64,000 nt of DNA from Orbicella franksi (taxonomy: Eukaryota). Each line of letters starts with the position of its first letter. Positions within the stretch are counted from its first letter, which is position 1. The translations under genes were made by a program, and so were the position numbers. Below, in pieces: positions 36,301 to 48,200 of the stretch. The stretch lies in NCBI GenBank assembly GCA_964199315.1, contig OZ116706.1, positions 28,086,001-28,150,000 on the forward strand, read 5' to 3'. The notes below the pieces were generated by a model. It was not told the origin of the DNA. It saw only the letters and a program-made list of their open reading frames with translations, and did not search any database.

Positions 36301-39300
36301 GGCTCACCAGTACTTTTCCGTGTCGTCGTTCCAGTCGGCCAAACATGTCATCGATGATCTCTCGCACAGTTGGCTCAAGATACATGTCGGAGGCAGGGGT
36401 GAACGATTTCCAGCGCAGAGCTTCATCAAAGGCTAGCTTGAGGTAAAGGGGAAGCGGGCACTTTTGAAATGCTTCCATGATGTAGCTTTTCTGTCTTGGA
36501 AGGATGGTCCGATTAGCTGTCTTTAACCAGTTGTCAAGGATGACATCTGCCTCATTGAGGGGAATCCTTGGTACTTCCATGAAACATTCATCTGGCAAGA
36601 TAGTCTAAAATGAAGAAAAAATGCGAGGAAACTTTCAGTTTAGTACTAGACCTGACTTGACAGAGGTATCTTTTCATATATCACCCTATAGAATGGCGAG
36701 AATGGAGTAACCTGCAGAAGATTTGGGTCTCCAACGTAAGTTGGTTTGCATGGTAAGTTACAGTACGATTGAGATTATTGTCGTTAATTCCATATCAAAT
36801 TAATTAAAACTAGCCATAAAGCTAAAGGAACATAACGCAGTGTCCTTATGAGGGCTCGAAGTAAAAGCACACGATCGGCGCTAAGGGTCTATGTCAAGAC
36901 ACGACATTTCATGTTAGGATACTTGTACGAGTTTTGCACATCATGCCATAGTGTATCTTAAAGATTGCTGCTTTAAACTTACTCTCAAACTAGGCAACGC
37001 CTGATATTCCTCGCCAGGTAGCGTTGAAAGGATGGCGTACACGTCGCTTGGCAATTGTCTTGGATACCAGTCCATCTGCCGACCGCCGTCATCGAGAGAA
37101 AGCTGGTCCAACGAATCCAAAACCAAAACAACTGGTTGATTTTCAGCCGATTTTTCCAGGCATTCTTGAAAGTAGTCTTTTAAGGATTTCATGTCCTGGA
37201 TACAATATGACATAACGCACAATAGAAAAAAGGAGTTCAGTATCTAATTAACCGTGTAAGTTAGTCTCTTTTCAGTTAGTCTCGTTTCTCTCTTTAGATA
37301 ATAAAGCAAAAAGACGAAATTTATATAGTCACCTATCTGACAAAAACGAGATTGGAACAGAAAATATTAGAACAGAAAGAAATCCGGGAGGTGTCGGTTC
37401 AATCTGGCCAAGGTGAAAGAACTTTTGGTCTCGTCTGGTTTCATTTATTTACAAGGAGTAATTCACAACAACTCGAGTCGGAATTTAAAAGGGATGTGTT
37501 TTTGGCACTCACTGTCCACCTCCATAACAAACGATAGTAGCCCCATAAACTATCCAATCGCAGCGAGCGAAAAATGCTGTTTACCAGTTGGTGGCAGTGG
37601 TATGATACTTAGAACCGACTGGACATGCAACTAATTAAAATCTAAAACTGTAAATTACCTCCGGAACGTCTGCAGTGTTCTGTCCAGTAGCTTTGCACAG
37701 CTGAAGACATATGCTACTTAGGAGAGGTCTGATGCCAGATGAATCCGGTGACGTGCCAATGAATCGCACTACGACAATGGCAGATTCGTCTTCGACCCAC
37801 TTTTTCACTTCGCTTGTGATTTTGGCCATGATTGAGGTCTTTCCACAGCCCGATTCTCCATGGAGCACAACACCGTGCTTGTCATGATTTAGCAAAATAT
37901 TCTTTGAGGCTTCCAGGAACTCTTTACGACCGTAAAATGATTTACTCTTCTTCTGGCAAAATGAGGCATGCTGGAAAAGTTCCTCTGCAAATGCATCTCT
38001 TGAATCAGATGTCTCCTTCTCCTGAATGCCGTTTTCAATCATTTGAGTCAAGGTGCCGAAAAAGTCTTTGCACAGCTGCTCTATGTAGTCTGCGTGCTCT
38101 GGCGACGCCGAGGGATCGATTCCATTGTCAGTCCATTTAATGTCATAATTTACGATGTTTGCGCTCGGCAAGGTTTGCGGGATGTCTTCTTCTCGGAGAA
38201 CGTTGAGCAGTTTCTGCGCAGTATCATCAACAGATGAATTAGCTCCCCATGTCTTGTCTATGAATTTCCCAGCGTTTTTTCTGTCGACGTTTGCATAAAG
38301 ATCTGAAATGACTCGTTTGAACCAGAAGCAATGTTTGGAAGGATTAGCTGCGTTGATGATGCCACGCCGGATTTCGTCCTCGGTTACTACGGACGAAAAA
38401 AAAATATGGTTGGAATTTTCGTACTGTATAGCCATCATTTCAAATTAATGGGCATGCATACCTGTTAACGTAAATTGCTTTAAATTCCTTACTTGAGTCT
38501 ATTCTTTAAATCTAGTTGAAATTTTTCTTAACAGCCGGATATGCTGTTCGCTTGAGGGTAATTCATATTTTTTTAGGCAGTAGACCGCTTTCACACGCCC
38601 AATTAAAGGATCTTGCTTTATAAGGGCCTTGCAAACAATCCCAGTTATTTTGCTGGGTAACTCATAAAGAGATATCAATTTGACGTTTAATGTTTTAGAA
38701 AATGGCAAGAGGCATAGAGAACAATTTGATACGGCGTTGAAGTACAGTTTTTTGCGTCATACCTGACATGTAGTACTTATGTCGTTCTTTCTTGTCCAGA
38801 GCCTTAGCAGCGGCCAACCTCAAAACCATTTGCATTCTTTCAAACGCCGTCCACCAATCAGAAGAAGCCTTCTTACGTAACTCGTCGTTCGCATAGTCCC
38901 GGTAATGAGGCAGCAGTGATGTGATTGGCTGCAACATATATTCGGCGGGAACTGAGTTATCATCTCTCCAGAACCAGTGTTTCAGCAGTTGGAGATCGTC
39001 ATTGCTTTCAACTGCTCCAAGGAGCTTTTCAAACTCTGAGGCGACAATCTTTGCGGGAAAGGGTCTGTAACCATACTTTTGTCCTAGAAAGGTCTGGAAT
39101 GAATGGAAAACTACGTCAATTAAGGCAACAAGCTTATTTGACTTTCCATATTTATTCAGAGGTATACCGGGAATACTTATGTAGATAAACAGGGAAAAAA
39201 AGAGAACATCGCTTCGGACGACTTTGCAACTTTGAATCACAGGTGCACAAACAGAGCCAATTATTTCACTTTTTCACCATCCTTTTAGTCAAAGCGGCAA

Positions 39301-41640
39301 CAATATCATCGGGGAAATTAAAGACACCCTATTAATATCATGTTAAATATCTAGTAGAAATTTTTGTGCAATTATTGATAGTAGACCAACTTTATTAAAC
39401 TCACAATGAAGTTAGGTCCAGTTGAGAGCCTTTGACATGCACGCAACTCCCTCATGCACAGCTCAGTGGTCATGTGATCATCCGTGGACTCGTCCCGGAC
39501 TCCCCATCTCATGTCGACCACTTGAAAGTCATAGCCCCTCTCTTGACAGTAGGACTTGAGTCGGGGGTACACTCGCTCCATCAATGTGTTACGCTCCACG
39601 GATGTGTCTGAGGGAAAAGGAAGAATAAAAAGTGAAAGATTACCTGGAAGTACCTGCAGTGTAGGTCATAGGTGTCGGGACACCCAGATACTAGTGGAAC
39701 TGACTCCTTTCCCCCTTCTACGCTGAATTTGGACGTACCTATACGTGTTAAGCGAGCAGACTATGTGTGTATGTTAATTTGAGAGGTTCAACATCAGTTC
39801 CTGAGAAAAGAACTAATATAAAAACAATCACATTATTGTTTCGGCAAGAGTACTGTAGTGTCTATCTCGATCTTCCTGAGACTACTGTTTTGACAAATCT
39901 CTGTGCTACATCTGACCTACACTGTAGATGGCAGCGTTGGAGCTGTTAGTTACAGTAAAATACTTACCAGTGAAAGTGGAACTTGTGAAGATTCGAACAA
40001 CTTTCACGTTCTCTGGGAATTCACCGTCCAGATCACCAATCAGGGCATTTTTGAGCTTCTGACTGTAACTGGGAACGTTTCCAGTATCTATGTTATTATC
40101 ATTTTCACCATTTTTCTCCTCATCGGAATCATCTACGACATCATCTTCTTCATTTTCAGGGTCATTTTCCTCCTCTTGTTGTTCATCTTCTTGATCCTGG
40201 TCGTCGTTTTCCTCTCCTTCGTCGGATTTGTCTTCATTGTCACTGTCGTCTTTGTTTTCATCCTCATGTTCTGATATTTCTTCCTCGTGATCGTCACACT
40301 CTCTCGTCTCTAAAGCCTCTTCTTCCTCGTTTTGTCTCTGAGAGGATGCTTCAGTTTCTGCACGTACCTGGCTCACCTGCACAATGAGTCAATCAATTAA
40401 TCAATCAATCATCAGTTCGTCAGTCTGTAGAACAGTCAGTCAGTCAGTCAGTCTGTCAATCAATTATTCATTCATTCAATCAATCAGTAAGTCAATCAAT
40501 CAATCAGTCAGTCAATGAGTTAAGAATTCAGTCAGTCAGTCAATCAGTCAATCATTCATTCAGTCAGTCAGTTAGTAAGTCCGTCAGTTAGTTCGTCAGT
40601 CAGTTAGTCAGTCAGTCAATCACTCCATCAGTCAATCAGTCAATCAGTCGATCAATCAATCAATCTATCAATAAATCAATCAACCAATGAATCAATCAGT
40701 CAGTCAGTCACTAAATCAATCAATCAATCAATCAATCAGTTAGTCAATCAATTAGTCAGTCAGTCAATCAGTCAGTCAGTCATTCAATCAGTCAGTCAGT
40801 TAGTCAGTCCGTCAGTCATTCAGTTAGCCAGTCATTTATTCAGTTAGTCAGTCAGTCAGTTATTCAGTCAGTCGGTCGGTCAGTCATTCGGTCATTTAGT
40901 AAGTCAGTCAGTCAGTCATTCAATCAGTCAGTCCGTCCGTTAGTCAGTTAGTCAGTCAGTTAGTCAGTCAGTCAGTCAGTCAGTCATTCAGTCAATCAAT
41001 CATCAATCAGGCAGTCAGTCAATCACTGAATTAATCAATCAATCTATCAGTCGATCGCTTGATAGATTAATCTATCAATCAATTAATCTATCAATCAGTA
41101 ATCAGTTAGTCATTCAATTAGTGAATCAATCAGTCAATCACTAAATAAATAACTAAAACAATCAATCAGTCTATCACTGAATCACTCGCTCACTCACTCA
41201 CTATTACTATTACTCACTCTTTCACTCAATTAATCAATCAATCAATCAATCAGTCAATCAGTCAATCAATCAATCAATCAATCGATCAGTCACTTATTTA
41301 ATGTTAAACATTTAAACAATGTAATTCCACAAGAAAGGTTACAAAATATTATCTCTTTTTATTAGATAACAAAAGACATTTCATACTTCGGTAATAATTC
41401 TGTCAGTTTTCAGCCAGGATTATATTTATCAAAAAACACTTAGTTTCATTTTCAATCGTTTTCAAGTTTCATCCTTCTGTCTCCACTAACGCAGGGAGTG
41501 TGGAGTGACACTAAAAAAACGGCTACGAAGAGCGTTACAGGTAGCCTTTGTTAAGACAAGTAAGATATTATCAGATTAAATACCTCATTTTGTTCCACCT
41601 TAGGCGTCCACCTCTTTTTCCGGGAAATAGCGATCCCCAT
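33302..41640 (-). CDS. NWD1-like: NACHT and WD40 domain protein, paralogue B (~1747 aa), same architecture as A
   Basis: Seven exons: 41584-41640 (MGIAISRKKRWTPKVEQNE), 39968-40376, 39405-39607, 38763-39093, 37659-38386 (GESGCGKT), 36983-37195 (VVLVLDSLDQL), 33302-36604. Total 5244 nt, open frame. An acceptor at 41665 and a candidate donor at 43100 suggest an upstream non-coding exon. Confidence 0.9.
40386..41292. repeat. ~900-bp degenerate tetranucleotide array (TCAG/TCAA/TTAG)n in the first coding intron of paralogue B
   Basis: Directly visible; it abuts the 3' splice site of the exon starting at 40376. Confidence 0.95.
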
Positions 41641-41844
41641 TGTATTCTCGGATCTCAGCTCTAGCTATAAAATAAGCAATAGTAGTGAAAGTTCTGACGT
41701 TAATTGGCAATGGCCAACCAGGTACCTCGATCTAATTATGCTATTTTTGGCTTTTAGTATTTTCCGATGAGTATGAAAGAAATCGTATGAATGTCCACAA
41801 CGAAGTTCTACAGTTGATATGCGTGATTAATTTTGCATTAAATA

Positions 41845-42016
41845 AAGTGGAATCCCGATATTTTTCAAACGTCCAAGGTGAAATGAAAATTGGTTTGAAA
41901 AATCAGGTAGTTTGACAAGTCGGGGGATGAAACTACGGGGTTCAACTGAGGGGAGAAAAACGACTTTTGGCTCGAATTGGAACCATCGGGAGGTTCGAAA
42001 AATCGAGATTCCACTG
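41845..42016. mobile_element. Tc1/mariner (pogo-like) MITE, same family as 4636-4810
   Basis: ta|aagtggaatcccga ... tcgagattccactg|ta; the internal sequence is colinear with the 4636 copy. Confidence 0.7.
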
Positions 42017-42020
42017 TACA

Positions 42021-42287
42021 CTTTCAATAACATGCGGACTCTAAAACTCAAAGCTCAACCGACAAATGCGTTTTTCCCTACCATCAATCAAATGTTCGGC
42101 GGCTCCTCCCAGCTACCGACTACTGCCGAGCACTGTTTCAGTGTCTGAACTGTGCTCAGCAACTAGATTACCGCGCGCTCGGCAGTAGTCGGAAGCTGGA
42201 AGGAGCCGCCGAACACTTGATTGACGGTAGGGAAAAACGCATTTGTCGGTTGAGCTTTGAGTTTTAGAGTCCGCATGTTATTGAAAG
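42021..42287. repeat. Near-perfect inverted repeat: 111-bp arms, 45-bp spacer
   Basis: 42021-42131 versus 42177-42287, with 4 mismatches counted by eye. Confidence 0.9.
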
Positions 42288-45230
42288 GCGCAATAAACAT
42301 GTGACTTAACTATAACACAGTTCGTTAAGTCAAAAGACCAGTTACGCTAATTGATGTCGTTTTGATGAAGATGCTAGTTGTTATTTACTTTGGGTTCTCC
42401 TGACCAAGAAACCGTGACCTAGGAAACGAATTTAAACATCAAATAGAAACAAATGCCGAAAAACCTCTCTGGAGTGCAATTGTTAGCAAGTAAAATTATC
42501 TGTGGCTACTGTTTTTGTTGTTTCAGGCAGTAAACCTGCTATTAAGAGCGCGAAATTTTGCGCGAAAAAACCTTGCAGAAAATGTAATGACAAAATTACA
42601 ACAATGAAGGTAACTGGTGTTTTCTGATTTTTTTTTATCTATGAGCAAACAAACGTCAAGCGGGTGACGTGCTGCGAAACCAAAAGAACTCATCTGCATT
42701 TTAGGCCGAGAAACTCTTACTCTTGCCCACATTTGATGAAGATGTGTAGGTTAGTTCCACCAAGTTTTTTAACATCTAAATGTGTGATGATTTTGTAGCG
42801 ACGATCTAAAAGCTGGGATCTTAGCGAAAGCAACAACATATCGCGACAAATTCAGTCAATCGACCAAGCATGCAATTTTGTCAGGAATCGTGACTTATAA
42901 AATCAATTCAAGCGAAGTCGTCGAGATAAAATTAATTCCGTGCTAGACCATATTTCTTTTTTTTTTTCAAGCACCCGTGTGTGGAGTCTTTATATGAGCT
43001 TTTCGGAAGCAACGTTTTAAGTAAATGCAATGAGTGAAAGCCGGCTCAGCGCTTTTAAGCAGACGGGCTCGTGTGATTCAAGCAACTCTTTAACACTTAC
43101 CTGTTAGAAACAGTGGTTTCGCGTGCTTGGGAAGGAAGTTTTTATGCGTGATGTTGTGTATAATAAGCGGCCGAGCCAGAGCTTTTCGGATTATGGAAAA
43201 AATAAACGCCGCAACCAAGTAATTCAGAGCAGCTCAAGACTTTTGGTGAAAGCAATTTAATATTAATCTTTCTAGAATATGCCTAAATAAATAACGTTAG
43301 CCTGTGTTTGACGTTTGATTACCATGGTAACAAAGCATCTTGGACAAGGTTTCCAGAATGCGCAAAATAATTGATATGACGAACACAAGACTATACTACC
43401 CGTTTCAATAAGCTGACATTGCTTAACTTTTTTATCACTTCTTTTATTCCTTGATTATTATGTTTCCTCATTTGAATTCTACGTGTAACATAAAAGTTAT
43501 GTTATGTGTACGCTTGACCAATCAAGTGGCATAATACAACTGGCTAATAGATCAGAAGTAATGTCAGAGAAGACAATATCTGCTTTTCTGCTTCTCAGTG
43601 CCATTGTTCAAAGCGAAACTTGCAGGTTATGTGATTATTCGTACACTGCAAATTACTTTCATTGTCCACCTACCTGTGACGTTGTTATCAGGCAATATGC
43701 TAATTTGAAACAAAGATGCTTTAAATGTTAGTCGACTTAGTTGGTTAGAGACGAAAAGGAGAAAGTCTCTGGGTTTGTTCATAAAGGTGTAAAACTAACA
43801 GCTATAGCAGTTAAACTTTCAGGTCCATCGCGGAAAAGTAGTTAAAATCTAATTTCTCTTCAACATATCAACTCCACTTTCAAAATTTAATGAGGAGAAT
43901 TCGGCAGGTCATCGCGTCACAGGCTGACGTCGACGTGACGTACAGACCACAGGCAGCAAATTGTCTTAATGGGCAAGCAGAATTCTGTAATCAGTGCCAT
44001 CCCATGTATATACGAGGATACTGCAAGGAGATTTCACGCGATAGTCTCATCAAGAGCTATGTTTTTAAAAAACCTTAACATATTTTAAAGTTACTTTGCA
44101 GTTGATAGTATGTCGTGGTAATTATAACAACGCTCAGCTGTTACGTTTACTACACCAGAGCCCCTCTATCTGTGAGAAGTAACTGGTTACTAACTCCTTT
44201 GCGAAACGGAGTCAGTGCTCGACTCATTAACTGTATGCAGTGTCGGTGTAATGGACGAACTTGTTACCGTATAACTTATTACAGCTGCTGAAATGGATTG
44301 TAGAAGTTTGTCAATGCAACCAACTGACCCACGGAGATTTTTGTTACCCCTTGCAAAGAATATTTATCACACTTTTTGATGGTACAGTAAAATTCATTTA
44401 AAAGCACGCGATTTGATCCTATTGTATTTTATTTTGTATCAGCATGAAAACCTAATTTTCCTCCCTAAATCTGAACCTTGGGTATATTCTTAACGTGATG
44501 TTAAAATTACACCAATCGCCGTTTCAATATTCTCAGTGTTAAAACGGATTTGGACGGATGGGCTAAGACTTGTACTAAAGATAGTATATTTCAGGAGTTG
44601 ATGTGATCACATTTATCTCCGACATGCAATTTCACTTCACACCTACTATAGAAATAAATGGACTGAGTCACTGACTTCCCCCTGGATGTAAACATGCGAC
44701 AATGAAACTTCATTTCTGTTTCACATAATACTCTTCATTGAAACAAATATCACAATTTTAGCTGCAAATAAAAGTCCCAAGTTTGTATACATACCAACAA
44801 TGCAACAAACGGAGAACGGATGTTTTCTTTCCCTTGAAACGATTAAGTGAACTCTGCCGGCTGCAACTATAATAATTACAGATTGCATGACTCCAATCGT
44901 CCGAAAAATCCTGAGAACATGAATACGTAATTTACTAATCCGTTAATGGAACTTTTATTACAATACAATTATCTTTTTGTATTGCAAGAGCTGCTCTACG
45001 TAAAACTAATGAATGATATACATTTTTTAATCGTTGTATTGTTCGCACCAACGTAAAGTGAATAAAACGGGCCTATATGCTTAAGACATAATAAAAGCCT
45101 TGATGTTACATTCAGAAAAAAATACACGGATTTGTTGCTTACTTTGAATAGCCGTTTAAGGTATTTTTACTCTAAAAAAGCCCAAGCGAAAATATCTTGC
45201 GATTTTGCATATTGATTCGGCTAAGAGTTC

Positions 45231-48200
45231 TTACATAAAATTGTCTCGATAAACCTGTTCAGAAATAAACACGTTTTTGGACGCAAAAACTGTGCTCCCT
45301 CCGCCGATGATAACGTTAGGCCTGGCATGAACCGCTTTCCTAGTGAACTCCGTTCTTTGAACGTCGGTTACCTCTGAATCGTCATCAACATCCTCATCTT
45401 CGTCTTTTCCTCTGGCGCTAGCAAGGTCTTGTGCTGGTTGTAGATTACTTTCCAGTGGACAATTCTCAAAAGGAGAATGGTCAGGTGCGATAGGATCTAC
45501 ACGTCCAGGGATATGTGGTCGTAACGTCATGAACTCTGGCTTGTCAGCTTTGGCGACCACGAGGCGGTTCCCGGATATCGTCATGCGTTCAGGCTTCCAG
45601 TCAGAAGTGAAGGAGGCAAGCGTCACACCTGTGGACAAGTCCCAAGCGTCGATGCTGCTATTTCTGTAACGATAGTTGGAGAATGCTAATTGGCCATCTT
45701 GTGTCATGAATAGGGAATCAACTGTTTCGCACTTGAACGCATAACGGAGATCTCCACTGACAATATCCCAGACGCTGATTCCCCCGTCTCCTTGACCAGT
45801 GAGGACCATGCTGCTGGCTGAAGATATCGCGGTCGAGGTTACAGTAGGGTTCTCTTCATCAGCGACGAGTCTGTGCTTTAGACTTCCATTTGCCAAGTCC
45901 CACAGCAATGCTTTGAACTCTTTGGTTAGGCAAACGAGGTAACTCCCGTCATCCGTTATGGAACCATTCCAAAGCAGCAACTGAGTAGTTTCAATCTCTA
46001 AGAACTTCTGATCTCCTGTTTGCGTGTTTAGAAAGATCAGCGGCAGGGTTTCTTCATCGTGATTTACAATCTGGCTCACCTGGCTACACACAACTGATCT
46101 CCCATTTCTGCTGATGAGCATGTCTTCAAAACGATGTTTTTGTCCGAACCTGTACTGCTTGACTAAATTTCCATCGCCGAGGCTCCAAACTTTGAGGTTG
46201 CGTCGTCCGCGGGAGAAGGCAATAATGCGGTCCTCGTCAATGAAACCAAATGCTTCGGTTCTTTTAGAGGCTTTCCCTTGCAGATGTCTTTCGACTTTGC
46301 CCGCTTTTAAGTCAAAAACTTTGAAGTGGAAAAATTCTTGATCGTGGATAAAACCAACAGCACGAGATGTTCCATACATTTTTATTGCGGTGGGCGGCAA
46401 TTCTTGGGTCATTTTTAGGACTCGCACCATTGTTCCAGTCAAAGTGTCCCAAACGAGGATTTGATTAGAATTATTGACCATTGCCGTCGCAATGACATGC
46501 CTGTGGATGTGGTCTGTTTCCCGACTCAGATAGTTGATTGAGTCAACTGAAGACACGGCCTTGTTACTCGATGAAGCGTCTGAAACCTGTTCAGTGTTCT
46601 CTTTGACAGCTTGCTCAAGGTCGTAAAGACGAATTATGTTATCGTGAGCCACAGAAATCGCAAACTTTCCATCTCTCGTGTAAAAATTGACATGAATTAT
46701 CAACGTTCCAAATGATTTGCTCTTCAAGGTTTTGTGAACGGTTCCATCTTCGAGGTTAGTCACGAGAATCTCGTAGTCAGCAACACCCACAGCTTTCGTT
46801 CCGTCTGTTGTTACTTGAAGTCGAAGGAGGCCCTTGTTGATTTTAAACTGCGGAACTTCCCTGATAACATCCCCAGTGTGCAGATCATACAAGCGAAGAT
46901 TGTTTCTCGCTGAGGAAGTGACGACCACCTGCTCTTTACAGGTCACTTTGATTTCTCCAATGCAGCATGCATCCTCTTCACTGAACACATTGACTTGCCT
47001 AACCTTCTCTCCTGTTCTAGTGTTGAGGACCGTGAAATTCTTTGTCCCATGGACGCTGAAGGCTGCTAGATGCCCTGATGCTCCGATAGTTCCGTACTCC
47101 TCATCTGCGGGTATCTTGCCTATGTCAATCTTGTGTTGCAACTGACCATCTTCAGCTTTCCAAATCTTGAGGTCTTCATCTGTAATGGCAACGATACACG
47201 TTTCATTGTCCGCAAAGGACACAGGTGGCATTGGATTGTATTGGCTTTCTTGGACAAGGGCTGCGAATCTCTGCAGAATTTGACCAGTGGATGTATTTGT
47301 GAGAAATATATCAGTTGATCCTACTAAAAGGAGAAGGTCTTCACTGAATAGGCTGCCCTCAACAGTCCAAACCGTTCCAACTTCCAAAGATCCAGGTAGT
47401 GTTACTCTCCGAAGAGTTTTTCCATTGCGCAAATTTATAGTCAGTATCTGGATATGCAGTGGGTCTGAGAACGTAGTGGTAACATAGGCTGTCTTTCCAT
47501 CGCAGCTAAAGCCACAGCATTGATACACAGACTCACCGGGGACTTTCATCGAGGAAATCAGGGATCCACCAGGGGAGGTCAAGCACTTGTCACTCGGTAT
47601 CAGGCAAGGGACCGATGAGAAATAAGCTTGTTGCAGTAGGAGGTTAATGCCACTGAATTCGTCTTTACCGTGAAGTGCGGTAAGCCTACCAAGAAGCTGA
47701 GGAGCCAGTTGATTGGTGTCACTTTTGAGAGCAACGGATGACAACTGCACTGTTTTCTCCAACTCGATGAGGTCTTCATCCTCTGGAAAGACAAGGAGTG
47801 AGGCGACAAAGTCATCAAGAACTGACTCTAAAGACGTTGCTCGTAGTTTAGCCAAGAGGAATTCAAAGTTGCAAAGTGCCTCTTCCTTGAGTCTCTGTAG
47901 GTTACCAGCGTGCAACAGATGATGCGGCAACTCATTCAATTTTCGCAGGTTGAAGACGTCCCTCTTTTCGTTCTCGTTACGAAACGTTAAGGGTTGTTTG
48001 GCCAACAACCGATCCTTGACCACTGTCTGTCCGTCTTTGTCAACATAAGGTTTTCCCGCACCGTTAGCCCACTTGCCCAGAAAGTAGTCAGCAAGTTTTG
48101 AATGAACTTCTGCTTGAGTTCTCAAGTAACGATCGGTTGCCACTTCGATGAACTGGCGATGGTACCAATAAATCACTCGAGAGTCATCTGCTCCGCGTTC

